Shown in pieces: positions 40,376-50,051 of a stretch of 64,000 bases of DNA (position 1 is its first letter; each line of letters starts with the position of its first letter). The stretch is from Candidatus Bathyarchaeia archaeon (GTDB lineage Archaea; Thermoproteota; Bathyarchaeia; 40CM-2-53-6), in assembly GCA_049513715.1 (NCBI GenBank), contig JBEKVV010000002.1, positions 224,001-288,000 of the forward strand. The letters run 5' to 3'. The position numbers and the translations under genes were made by a program. The notes beneath the pieces are model-generated. The model was given only the letters and a program-made list of their open reading frames with translations, did no database searches and was not told the DNA's origin.

Positions 40376-41185
40376 ATGAACCCCAAACGAGACGTCTGTG
40401 TCACATTTGACCTGTGGGAAACGCTCATCGCGGACGAATCGGAACTCGATGTAGCTAGAGGTCGAATGCGAACCGAGGGTATTCACAAAGTACTAGACGG
40501 AATGGGAATCAAGGTTCCATTGGGGGATCTCCAGAAAGCCTACGATGTAACTGACACGCAGCTCGATGCCGCATGGAGCCGTAACGAGAATCCAACGCCG
40601 ATTGAACAGATTGAGCTCCTTCTCAAGACTGCTACCAAAGGCAAGGTCTCGTTGCCGCAGGATTCACAAGCACTTCGAATGTTGGAAAGCGCCTATGTTG
40701 ATCCGATTCTCGTCTCACCTCCCAAATTAAAGGAAGATGCCCTATTCGCTTTGGAGGGCGCGCGCAGCCGAGTAGGCCGAGTGGGCTTGATCAGCAATAC
40801 CGGCCGTAGTCCAGCCGCTTCTTTACGCCAAGTGCTAGAAAAATATGGGCTCTTGAGATTCTTTGACGCGACCATTTTCTCCGACGAGGTTGGAACCCGC
40901 AAGCCAAACAGGCGGATCTTTGAAACAGCCGCAAATGAATTGCAAACCGACCTCACAAAGATGATTCATGTTGGAGATAATCCCGAAGCGGATGTCTGGG
41001 GAGCAAAGCAAGCTGGGATGAGGGCTGTGCTTCTTGAGTACGATGTTCCAGATGATTTCAAGAAACGTCCGACTTCGCTGTTCGCCCTTTCCAGAACGAA
41101 GCATATCTCAGATTCGGAGATTCATCCAGACGCCAGGATCAAATCATTGCGAGAGGTTCTTGATTTCCTGGGCTCTCTGGACTAG
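40376..41185 (+). CDS. HAD-superfamily hydrolase
   Basis: FDLWETL, ISNT, KPN, HVGDNPEADVWGA. Confidence 0.9.
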   Translation: MNPKRDVCVTFDLWETLIADESELDVARGRMRTEGIHKVLDGMGIKVPLGDLQKAYDVTDTQLDAAWSRNENPTPIEQIELLLKTATKGKVSLPQDSQALRMLESAYVDPILVSPPKLKEDALFALEGARSRVGRVGLISNTGRSPAASLRQVLEKYGLLRFFDATIFSDEVGTRKPNRRIFETAANELQTDLTKMIHVGDNPEADVWGAKQAGMRAVLLEYDVPDDFKKRPTSLFALSRTKHISDSEIHPDARIKSLREVLDFLGSLD

Positions 41186-41209
41186 ACTCATGTCTGGATA
41201 CACGTTGGG

Positions 41210-42151
41210 CTAGGAAACGCTGTCAAGGTGTTTGAGCAGATCAGTTCGATTCGGGCTTCCACGTGTTTCGGGCCTTGTTGCTTTGATTCCGCCAGCGCAA
41301 TTGGCCCATCCGAGAGATTCTTGGTCCGTATGTCCTTCGGAGAGGGCGGCAACGAATGCGCCGAGGAAAGCATCGCCGCAGCCAACTGTGTTCACGGCCC
41401 TCATTCCATGTGAGTTCAAGTCTAACGCTCCAACAACTGTCTTCTTGTTTTCGTGATACATCTGCACACCCTTCGCCCCCAGTTTGGTGACCACTTTCAA
41501 ACGCGCGTTAAGTCTCATGAGCTTTGCAGCGCCTTGTTCAGGGTCCTTTGTTCCAGTCAAGTTTTCGATTTCTGATTGGTTGGCGACAACGTAGTCCGTA
41601 TTCTCGATTAGGTTTCTCACTGATTCAATTCCGAGGGTGGATTTGATGCCCGGGTCCCAGGCCACGGTTTTCCCTAAGCGTTTTGCTTCTTTGGCAAGTT
41701 TCAGTCCCGTCTCGAACGGTGGGTCCATTATCGTGATCACCGCGGCCTCAGAAACCAATCTCCGACGTTCCGCAGTATCCAAGTCCTCGGCGGTAATCGT
41801 TGCGTTAGCACCGAAGTGTGTGTGGATTATGTTCTCTCCCTCTTCATCGATGACGATGTACGCCTGACCGGATTCGACATTTTCGTTGAATTTGAGGCCT
41901 GAAACAACGACACCTTCTTCTTCGAAGATTTTGACCTGCTCGGAAGCAATCGAATCCTTACCTAGCCCGCCGATAATTGCAGCCTGATTAGGGCCAAGTA
42001 GGCGTGCGGCGGCCACAGCGACATTTCCCGCCTTACCGCCAGGTACGCGGGTGATTCTCGTGACCACGACTTCCTCGCCTGGTTGGGGGAATCTCTTCAC
42101 GAACAGGTTAATGTCCCAATTTACAGCGCCAATCACGAGGGTCTTGAGCAA
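41210..42151 (-). CDS. PfkB/ribokinase-family kinase
   Basis: GGKAGNVAVAAARL, ANQSE, NTVGCGDAF. Confidence 0.9.
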   Translation of the reverse strand: MLKTLVIGAVNWDINLFVKRFPQPGEEVVVTRITRVPGGKAGNVAVAAARLLGPNQAAIIGGLGKDSIASEQVKIFEEEGVVVSGLKFNENVESGQAYIVIDEEGENIIHTHFGANATITAEDLDTAERRRLVSEAAVITIMDPPFETGLKLAKEAKRLGKTVAWDPGIKSTLGIESVRNLIENTDYVVANQSEIENLTGTKDPEQGAAKLMRLNARLKVVTKLGAKGVQMYHENKKTVVGALDLNSHGMRAVNTVGCGDAFLGAFVAALSEGHTDQESLGWANCAGGIKATRPETRGSPNRTDLLKHLDSVS

Positions 42152-42264
42152 GGTAATCGCTCAACTCCTAGCGTCCGCGTTGCAAATTTGCTTTTGCTTC
42201 CCAGCTTTCAATCAACGGTGCCACAGGTTGGTGATGTAGCTAAGATTGCGGTTGCGGCTGCTTC

Positions 42265-43803
42265 TCACTCTGGCGGAATTTCTTTGAAGACTAAGCTTAG
42301 GTTTAGTCCTTCTTTCATAAGTCTACTTTTCGCAGTGATGTAGATTATTGCGCCCAGTATGAAGGTGGCTGTAATGTATCCGTATGCAAGTGTGTTGCCG
42401 CCCCAGATTCTTGGATAGGCTAAGAACTCGGAGGTTAAGTACACGAAGACAAGAGTTTGCAGTACCCCCGCAACGGCCAGAAGAATCCTGGAGCTACCTT
42501 TCTCCCTCTTTACAGCATAGACTGCTGCGCCGAGTCCTACGAAGGCGAAGTAGACCATAGATGCCATCACAGCACCGTAGAGGGAAGAAACGGTTCCATA
42601 GAGGAACGCTGCGAGACCTATCAGAATCACCGACACTACGAGATCAAGTAAGTGCGCTACAACGGGGGAACCGTACTTCGGGCTAACATATGCCAGTTGA
42701 GACGGGAGGAAACTGTCGAAAGCCTGCGCGAGCATGTATCTGGAGATCGTGATTATGCCGAACGCCAAGATCGCTATAGTAAGTACAATCCAACCTAGCC
42801 CAATTATGAATGACTGAACAAAGTTGGATGACACACCCATCGCCAATGTCCAGAAGTTGAAGGAGTAATTGTTCACAAGCGTGGGGTTTGTGAAGGCTGC
42901 AGTTATGAATTGATATCCTCCCACGTAGTACATTGCTGCATAGGGAATTGTCACAACCAAGAAAGCGAATAGGAGCGAGATTGGCACGTTCCATCTGGGA
43001 GCCTTGCCCTTCAACTCGGAGCCAACTGATGGCGCCGCGTTAAACCATGGATAGGTAAAGAGAGCAAAGTAAGGCATCATAAGCAAAGTTGCGTTCAGGT
43101 CGAAGGTTGGTCCGGAGTAGGAATTGGCGAGAGATGCATAGGTGACGTTCGGAATATTCAGATTGTTGATGTAATTCTCCACGCCTTTCGTTCCTGCAGA
43201 AAGCAATGTAACTGTGGCAAGAGCTACGGCGATCACGCCGATCGTCCAGAAGGTTGAGATTATTTTGAACCCAAGCCTCGGTTTCAGGATGTTGATTGCG
43301 ATCAACACAACGAGTATTACTGAAGCCAACAGGAATTGTGAGAATGGGCTCGCGCCAGGTATGTTACCCGGCAGCGCGAGACCGAGCATAGCCGAGTTAC
43401 CGAGTGAAAGCCCTACTGAACCAACTGCGAACACGGCGGATAGGGCGATAAGTGCAAGATAGGGCATGGTCTCAACCGTGATGCCCATGAATGTGACCGT
43501 GCTGCCCACAAAGCCGCCAAGTGAACGCGAGAGCCAAACGTAGTCTCCTCCTGTTCTAGATATTCGTCTCGATAACATTGTGTAAGTTACCATTTGAGGA
43601 ACTGCAAGCAAGGCTGCAATCGCTGAGCCGTATACCAGGTTAACGCCGGATACCGTCGGGAGGGCAAGCATCGTAAACCCGATCAGCGCGAGTGCAGCAC
43701 CAACCGACATGTAGCTCACGTTAATGGCAATCGCGTCAAGCAACGAAACTCTCTTCGTTAACCCGGTGGCGTCTCTTAGGAAGACCTTAGAACGCGATGT
43801 CAT
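42265..43803 (-). CDS. APC-family permease
   Basis: FLRDATGLTK, RTGGDYVWLSR, SRYMLAQAFD, FKEIPPE; ATG 43803 preferred as start. Confidence 0.9.
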   Translation of the reverse strand: MTSRSKVFLRDATGLTKRVSLLDAIAINVSYMSVGAALALIGFTMLALPTVSGVNLVYGSAIAALLAVPQMVTYTMLSRRISRTGGDYVWLSRSLGGFVGSTVTFMGITVETMPYLALIALSAVFAVGSVGLSLGNSAMLGLALPGNIPGASPFSQFLLASVILVVLIAINILKPRLGFKIISTFWTIGVIAVALATVTLLSAGTKGVENYINNLNIPNVTYASLANSYSGPTFDLNATLLMMPYFALFTYPWFNAAPSVGSELKGKAPRWNVPISLLFAFLVVTIPYAAMYYVGGYQFITAAFTNPTLVNNYSFNFWTLAMGVSSNFVQSFIIGLGWIVLTIAILAFGIITISRYMLAQAFDSFLPSQLAYVSPKYGSPVVAHLLDLVVSVILIGLAAFLYGTVSSLYGAVMASMVYFAFVGLGAAVYAVKREKGSSRILLAVAGVLQTLVFVYLTSEFLAYPRIWGGNTLAYGYITATFILGAIIYITAKSRLMKEGLNLSLVFKEIPPE

Positions 43804-43908
43804 AGTTACTCGGCGACATAATCCCATCCAGTCTTGCTTAAGCGTTTTTTTCGACGCAGGTCAAGTTGTAAAAGCGCTCTGATAAGATTACAGGGAGTGT
43901 CGAAGAGG

Positions 43909-44032
43909 ATGCCTAAGCAAATCATTTTGGACGTCGATACAGGTGTCGACGACACCGAACGCTAAAGTGTGCACAAGCGTCAACGGCGAACGTTTCCTGA
44001 AGGTGTTCATGGATCGCATTGCGCCCTCATGA
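43909..44032 (+). pseudogene. Internally deleted IU-type nucleoside hydrolase
   Basis: MPKQIILDVDTGVDD (N-terminal DxDxGxDD motif) joined out of frame to PNAKVCTSVNGERFLKVFMDRI* (family-like C-terminus). Confidence 0.8.
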
Positions 44033-44127
44033 TGGCCGAGGCGCACGCAATCGTAGTCCAATGGATGGGCCTCTGTGATAGGAGGTGGAGTGCGTGTCTG
44101 TATTTGTAACTGACCTGAGGCCTCTAG

Positions 44128-44868
44128 CTAAAGCGGTCTCGTTTTGTTTGAATACGGACAGATGGTTCTTACTGGGCATATTGGACAGAGTGGTCTTCTG
44201 GCCTTGCACGTTTTTCTTCCGTGGGCCATGAAGAGTAGTGGCACAATCGGATATTCTCTTGGAGAGAAAAGTCGCATTAGAGCAGCCCTGATATCTTCAT
44301 ACTTGGCTTTAGGTGGGGCAAGGCCGAGTCTTTTCGAAACTCGGTTGACGTGTGTGTCAACGGATATTGTTGGCTTTCCCAAGATGTTGAGGAGTACATC
44401 TGCTGTTTTTGGCCCGACCTTAGGCAACACTTGCAGATTTGTGCGAACGACCTCATCCGGGCCGTGCAAGATCAGTGTCAAGTGCCCTGCATATTCTTGC
44501 GCCACTTGCCTCGCGAGGTCTCTGAGCGCTCTGGCTTTTTGCTTGTGCAAACCCGCGACCTTGATCGCTCTCTGAATCATTCTTGCGGGGGCGCCAGCGA
44601 GTCTGGAGACGGTCACCCCGACCAGTCTGTCTAAGTTTCTGTACGCTCTCATTGCGGCTATGTCGGTGCAATTCTGTGAAAGGATCGTGACGACCAGAAC
44701 ACGGAATGGGTCACTCGATTCCTTGGCTACGACCACTGAAGCGAAGTCTTCATCACGGATTGGTAGTGTCTCGCGGAGGATTTTGAGTATCTCCCTGGCA
44801 CGGGCTCTCTCGGATTTTGAGACGTTTGCCGCCTGTTGAGCGGGGGTTTCAGGCGATTGCGTTCGCAA
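44128..44868 (-). CDS. nth: Endonuclease III (HhH-GPD, 4Fe-4S)
   Basis: LVVTILSQN, LPKVGPKTA, VDTHV, CKARRPLCPICPVRTIC. Confidence 0.93.
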   Translation of the reverse strand: MRTQSPETPAQQAANVSKSERARAREILKILRETLPIRDEDFASVVVAKESSDPFRVLVVTILSQNCTDIAAMRAYRNLDRLVGVTVSRLAGAPARMIQRAIKVAGLHKQKARALRDLARQVAQEYAGHLTLILHGPDEVVRTNLQVLPKVGPKTADVLLNILGKPTISVDTHVNRVSKRLGLAPPKAKYEDIRAALMRLFSPREYPIVPLLFMAHGRKTCKARRPLCPICPVRTICPYSNKTRPL

Positions 44869-45205
44869 TTAGGATGGTCCTAGTGCCGTACACTAGTAGC
44901 AAGATTCCGGTCACTGCAAGTACCCATGAAACTCCGCGTTCCCACTTGCTGCCTTGGTGGAACTCGAGGAGGATCACTCTGATTCCATTCATTGAATGGT
45001 AGTCGACGAAGATCAATAGCAGTTCCAGTGTGGCCGCCAAAATCAGATTTCTGTAAACCGCGATGACGGAGTATGACCCGCCAATGAACGCAAGATTCTG
45101 CAAGTACGGCCCCGTTAGGAAAACAGTGAAAAGGTGAACTCCACCGACGATTACAATTCCAAGGCCGGTAATGTAATGAAGTAGCATTCTTGTCGATTCT
45201 TTCAT
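44849..45205 (-). CDS. sdhD: Succinate dehydrogenase membrane anchor subunit D-like
   Basis: Three TM; LLHYITG, HL, HSMNGIRVILLE. Confidence 0.75.
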   Translation of the reverse strand: MKESTRMLLHYITGLGIVIVGGVHLFTVFLTGPYLQNLAFIGGSYSVIAVYRNLILAATLELLLIFVDYHSMNGIRVILLEFHQGSKWERGVSWVLAVTGILLLVYGTRTILIANAIA

Positions 45206-45208
45206 CTG

Positions 45209-45685
45209 TTAAACCCCGAAGAACACGTTTATTGCGTATACTGCCGTCGCGGCGGCAAAGAGAATGCTGAACCAGAATATCGCCCTTTGAGCTAAGCTGA
45301 AGGCTTGAGGCTCGTACGGGAAGTCAGGACGCTTCGGTTTACCCAATAGAAACCCAAACTCGGTCAGCGTCAGCCTGATTCCGTTGACGGTGTGGTAAGC
45401 GAGCATGAATCCAATTACTACGAGCCCGACATCAAAGAGTGGGTTCTCCAGGAAATGGAAAGTTGCGGTCCAAATGTCGCTAGCAAAGTCAGCAGACGGA
45501 ACGCTCCACACCGCTAACCCACCGACCACGTTTCCGGTCTCTACGATGTGCGCTAGGAAATATCCAGTCACAATAATGCCGGTTATACGTTGAAGGGTGT
45601 ACGCCCACCGTTCCACGTTATATTTGTAAGGAATGAGCCAGCCGCTCAATGCCTTCTTCAATTCGGAAAGTAATGGCTCAGCCAA
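45209..45685 (-). CDS. sdhC: Succinate dehydrogenase cytochrome b subunit C-like
   Basis: WAYTLQRITG, FLAHI, YHTVNGIRL. Confidence 0.8.
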   Translation of the reverse strand: MAEPLLSELKKALSGWLIPYKYNVERWAYTLQRITGIIVTGYFLAHIVETGNVVGGLAVWSVPSADFASDIWTATFHFLENPLFDVGLVVIGFMLAYHTVNGIRLTLTEFGFLLGKPKRPDFPYEPQAFSLAQRAIFWFSILFAAATAVYAINVFFGV

Positions 45686-45832
45686 GGTTCCCGCTCCGTT
45701 CTATTGCCGCAACCAGCGGCCGATGTTGAAGAAAAGTCATTCCCCTTACGAGCTTGTAGGTTTTTTATAGTTAGGGTTGTGTGGTCGTGCCGGTGTGGTT
45801 TCTGTTTGAAGTCTAGGGTTTTGGGGGATTTG

Positions 45833-46050
45833 ATGGGGGCGGGGGAGGGGCTTGGTCATGCGGTGCCTGGGTCGGTTTCGGAGGATGTTCTTAGGGATTT
45901 GGCGTTGAGTCCGTTGGTTCGGGATTGGTTGATTGGGGTCACAGAGTTGGAGGAGACCCGCATGACCTACCTGGGTTGGCTGGGTCGGTTCTTGGTCTGG
46001 AGCGGGTTGACGCCGGAGCGCATCTTCGCGTTGAAGGCTGAGGCAGAATC
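45833..46050 (+). pseudogene. Probable N-terminal remnant of a tyrosine recombinase/integrase
   Basis: SPLVRDWL...TRMTYLGWLGRFLVWSGLTPE resembles the SAM-like N-domain of archaeal integrases; no catalytic domain follows. Confidence 0.5.
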
Positions 46051-46076
46051 AACTTACAGAGCTCCGCCGAAATTTC

Positions 46077-46970
46077 TCAATTCTGCTCCGCTCCGCACTC
46101 GCCGCAGAAACTTGCGGTTGTGGGAAGGCTGGCTCCGCAAGCTATACAGAACTTGTTTCCTTCGACCGCGGGCACTCGCGTGGGAGAGGGTCTGCTCACT
46201 GTTCCCAGTTCTGCGTATACCCCTTTGCTCGCGCGTTTTCTTCGTCGAACGACAAAGACGATCAGTCCGATAATTGCGACTATGGGTAGTACGAGTATTG
46301 AGAGGCCTAATAGGAGGTCTGCCATAGATGCGGTCGTGGTGGTTGTGGCCTCAGACGTTTCCGAAGTTGGTTGCCCGGTTGAAGCGGTCTGAGCGACCAG
46401 GGAGATAGTGAATCCCTGGAGGCTTAACGAACTTCGGATGATGCTGATGTTGTGGACGGGGTCTGACACGAAGGCTGCCGCGACGAGAGAGTACTGCTGA
46501 GGCGGGGCGGTTAATGTGATCGCAAACGAGGCGGACTCAGTTCCAGAAGTTGAGGGTGGAACAAGGCCGCAGATCGCAATGCCAGCCAGAGTCGAACTGG
46601 TCATTAATACGCATTGGTCAGGTGCAGAGGTGCCAGATCCCATAAGGTTGGAGTAATTGCCTGCAGAGTTCAGGTATACCCCAAATATGAGCCCGTCGCC
46701 TGACGTAAGGCCGCTGTAATTCACTGTAAACGTGACCGTGGCCTGAGCCACTTCGTTCTGCAATACGGTCTGCGCGGGGTAGTTGAGAGAGGCGATGGTT
46801 GTGGTGGGTGCCTGTGCACCAGCTGAGGTTGGCATGACTGATAACATTAGAACTCCGAGCAGAACTATGAGCGAGATTGGTTTTGCCGCAATTATCTTTG
46901 ATCCAGTCCAACGCTCTCGTCCGATCACCCAGTTTGAATATTTCATTTTGTCATCCTCGCTTCTAAACAA
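46077..46970 (-). CDS. Single-pass membrane protein with C-terminal Zn ribbon
   Basis: Signal peptide, S/T-rich ectodomain, TM followed by RRRKR, FCIACG..FCGECG; true start likely later. Confidence 0.8.
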   Translation of the reverse strand: MFRSEDDKMKYSNWVIGRERWTGSKIIAAKPISLIVLLGVLMLSVMPTSAGAQAPTTTIASLNYPAQTVLQNEVAQATVTFTVNYSGLTSGDGLIFGVYLNSAGNYSNLMGSGTSAPDQCVLMTSSTLAGIAICGLVPPSTSGTESASFAITLTAPPQQYSLVAAAFVSDPVHNISIIRSSLSLQGFTISLVAQTASTGQPTSETSEATTTTTASMADLLLGLSILVLPIVAIIGLIVFVVRRRKRASKGVYAELGTVSRPSPTRVPAVEGNKFCIACGASLPTTASFCGECGAEQN

Positions 46971-47322
46971 TCAGCTGTTTTTTTGCGTCCCATGCGCTGG
47001 CTCCCCGAATCGCAAAGGCTACGAATAGTAACAGTTCTGTAGGCCCGGTGGGCTCAAACGATAACGCGTAAAACGTGAACGCGGGAAGAATAAAAAGCAG
47101 TATGGAGCCGAGGAACCATGCTGCTCCACGCTTCCACTTCCTCAGGTACCATTGGCCAAGCCCTGGAATGAAGAAACTGAGTATCGCTGCCAGCCAGGGA
47201 TTCTTATGACGTACAACGGCACCTACTGCCTTTTTGTTGATATGGGTTCCGCATTCTTCGCACAGCGTAGCATCGCTCGGAAGCCTGGCGCGGCACACTG
47301 GACAAAACGATGGGTTGCTCAA
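46963..47322 (-). CDS. Zn-ribbon plus TM2-like membrane protein
   Basis: FCPVC..CEECG; KNPWLAAILSFFIPGLGQWY. Confidence 0.8.
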   Translation of the reverse strand: MSNPSFCPVCRARLPSDATLCEECGTHINKKAVGAVVRHKNPWLAAILSFFIPGLGQWYLRKWKRGAAWFLGSILLFILPAFTFYALSFEPTGPTELLLFVAFAIRGASAWDAKKQLIV

Positions 47323-47379
47323 GTCGTCGCCTCCAAGAGGTGTTCGAACCGAATGTGAGCCTTCAAGAGCCCAATTCTC

Positions 47380-49428
47380 TTATTTCGGGCGTTGCTGTTG
47401 CCCCCCGCAGTAGGTACAGAATTTTACGGTATCTGGAATTTCCCTACCGCAGTTAGTGCAGAAGGTCGTCTTTTCGCCGGCTGTTGTTCCAGAGGATGTT
47501 TGGAGAGGTGTTGTAAGGGCGGCGTTGGTTTCGTCTGAAATAGGCGGCAGGGTCCACCATTTGTGGAGGATATTGAATGGATCTTGTATTTGCTGTCTCA
47601 AACCTTTTGCCAAATCAACATTTATTTTAGTTGGGCGCCGACCTGCTTTTAGAATTACGCGTTCGCCTGCGTGAATTTCAATAACCTTCAGGTCGTCGCT
47701 TCGCCACAGTTCCGCGCTGCTCTCTTTGGATCCCTCTCCTTCGAGAACTGTTATCGCTGCGGCCGTCCCGTCTTGAACAGCTTCAACAAGCACCATGGTT
47801 CCTTTGATACGGGCAAGCCACCTACTCGTCGTCGCCGCCGCGGCTGCCCCGATCAGGCTGGCAGGGAGAATAATCACAGCCTCTTGCGCTGCCCCCAGCT
47901 CCATCCAGTTGAGTAGCAGTTTCCCAAAATCCAGTCGCAGAAGCAAGCTCCCTAGATTGTAGATCTGCGATAGTCCGGGGAATCTCAACCAGGGAATCGG
48001 CGTCTTGGGATTAGGGTCAAGCCAGCCCACTCTTGAGTCTTGTCCAATTACGGACTGTGAATTGGACGGTATCGGGGTTTGAACGCGGACAAAAGACTGG
48101 GGCCCGGTGTCCACGGTTGTTCCGGGACCAACCTGGTTCAGGTTCTCAGTGGTCAGTTGGGTCTGGGTTCCGTTCGTTCCGGTCAATGTGGCGTTGCCGG
48201 TAACGTTCGGTGGTAAGACCGGTGGCGGTTGTGGCGGCGGTGGGCCTCCTCCTGGTACCCCTCCGAAGGGTCCGAAGACGCGTCTCAAAATCCTACAGAT
48301 TATCCATCGGCCTCGGAAGACCCTGCAGATAACGACGATGATTACTCCGCCCATTATGATGACTATGACTCCGATGAGGATAGCCGGCGTAGCGTAGTCG
48401 TATCTGCATCTTGCGAAGTAGTTTTGGGGCCCGTTCATGACAACACTCGCTGTAGGAGTCTGAAATGCAATGTTCCCAGCAGGTCTTGCCTCCCATCCGT
48501 CAAAAATCAATCTTGCACCTAGCGTTCCCTGCCAGCCGGGTATTGGCACCTGGGGGTCGACTGAGATGGTCGCAGTTTCACCATCGTTGAACCAGCCGCC
48601 CCCTTGTGGATTAAGCTCGTTGCATGCAGCGCCGACTTCCAGAAGATATTGTGTGAGATAGGTGGATGTGGCTTTGTGAGGCGCACACATCGTAACCTGA
48701 TTCGCTACAGATCCTGAATCATCTATCGCCCAACCGTTGAAGGCATGCCGTACGCCAGCGGCGCCTGCAACCGCGTCTGGATGACCTAGAGCGCTATACC
48801 CGCTGGGAGGCAGAAGCGTAACCGATGCACAGGAATCATACCACTCATAAAGCCACACGGAGCTGTACTGATCTTCCCACACCAATCGATACTGGGCTGT
48901 ATACTCGAAGGTGAACTGACATGGTTTGCATGGAGGCGTAAACGTTGTCCGTGTATACGTCTGGGTGGATGTATATGGGTAATACGAGTAGTAGAGGCAA
49001 CTTCCGTGGGAGTCGTAAGACACACAATAAGCGACGTAATCTGTGTACGTCTGTGTATAGGTGTATGTCTGCAGGCTGCCTGCTGGGACCGTCCAAACGT
49101 ATTCCTTGGCGACGAATCTTTTGCCATTTTTCCAGTCAGTAACTTTGCTCCCACACTCCCATCCGCTTTGACAAATCACTTGCAGAACTTGGAATGTGTG
49201 CGACTTTGACCCGTCTAAAGTGACGGTCCTTGTCTTGGAGAAGTCGACCGCTGCTCCACCGTCAACTGAAAGTGTTGTCTTGTCCGCTCCTCTGAGGGAG
49301 ATGGTGTAAGTCACCTGCGTGTTTGCGTATTGGCTAGGGGAGAAGGCGCCTCCTTTCGATGTAGCTAGCGATTGAACTGAGGCTAAAGCCACAACTAGAA
49401 TGAGAACAGTAACGAGACCAGCTCGCAA
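47380..49428 (-). CDS. Large single-pass protein: Tyr/Cys-rich ectodomain with B-repeat-like units, TM, Pro-rich linker, FecR-like domain, Zn ribbon
   Basis: QYLLEV..GGGWFNDGET repeat; TM; PPPPQPPP; VDTGPQS..LDFG..IKGT..VLEG..IHAGE; FCTNCG..FCTYCG. Confidence 0.75.
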   Translation of the reverse strand: MRAGLVTVLILVVALASVQSLATSKGGAFSPSQYANTQVTYTISLRGADKTTLSVDGGAAVDFSKTRTVTLDGSKSHTFQVLQVICQSGWECGSKVTDWKNGKRFVAKEYVWTVPAGSLQTYTYTQTYTDYVAYCVSYDSHGSCLYYSYYPYTSTQTYTRTTFTPPCKPCQFTFEYTAQYRLVWEDQYSSVWLYEWYDSCASVTLLPPSGYSALGHPDAVAGAAGVRHAFNGWAIDDSGSVANQVTMCAPHKATSTYLTQYLLEVGAACNELNPQGGGWFNDGETATISVDPQVPIPGWQGTLGARLIFDGWEARPAGNIAFQTPTASVVMNGPQNYFARCRYDYATPAILIGVIVIIMGGVIIVVICRVFRGRWIICRILRRVFGPFGGVPGGGPPPPQPPPVLPPNVTGNATLTGTNGTQTQLTTENLNQVGPGTTVDTGPQSFVRVQTPIPSNSQSVIGQDSRVGWLDPNPKTPIPWLRFPGLSQIYNLGSLLLRLDFGKLLLNWMELGAAQEAVIILPASLIGAAAAATTSRWLARIKGTMVLVEAVQDGTAAAITVLEGEGSKESSAELWRSDDLKVIEIHAGERVILKAGRRPTKINVDLAKGLRQQIQDPFNILHKWWTLPPISDETNAALTTPLQTSSGTTAGEKTTFCTNCGREIPDTVKFCTYCGGQQQRPK

Positions 49429-50051
49429 AGCTCAAGCAGTGATTGTATTTGGAGTAGAGAGCACAGATATCTGGGTTATCTTTATTCCCTATGTAATGTT
49501 TGCCTGTGAGCCAGAAATATGGGAATTGAACATTTTTTTCGACTTCCATCCCCGGCTCCCTAATACTAACTCGGTTCCTATCTTTTCTTGGTGCGGGAAC
49601 ATTCAATATGAGCGCCATACGATTCTTACGGCTACGACGGTTCAAATTCAGGTGCCCGCACCAGGAAATATCGCGAACGACCTAGTCCGGGTAAGGAGTA
49701 TGCGCGGCGTGGGCTTTAGCCGGGAATGGCATCAGCTCAGACTCCTAGAAAATTTCGAAGTAACTCTGGACAAGTAAAGTCCAACAGGAGGGTTCTGTGT
49801 GTATCAAACCAACCAGTACCCTCTCGCTCTGGGACCGGAAAGTAATCCACCAACAGTGGAGACAAAATGTTGAAGAAATCAAGCTCTCCTACAAAAACCA
49901 CAACAACCAACAAAACCGACAACTGAAAAGTCATTCTCCTTACGGACCTGATGACTTCTTGCCGTGGATTCGAGGTTCGGATCGGGTACGAGACACCAAT
50001 AAGGAATTGATGGCACCCGTTTCCGAGTTTCACCTCTTCGTCTACGGTTCT

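Noticed and set aside
45704..46273. 189-aa ORF as an intact gene
   Set aside because: Only the middle part looks protein-like, and the 3' part is antisense to the gene at 46077-46970.
49430..50050. Short ORFs between the surface protein and the Mo-oxidoreductase
   Set aside because: Overlapping frames with no recognisable motif; possibly decayed DNA but not assignable.
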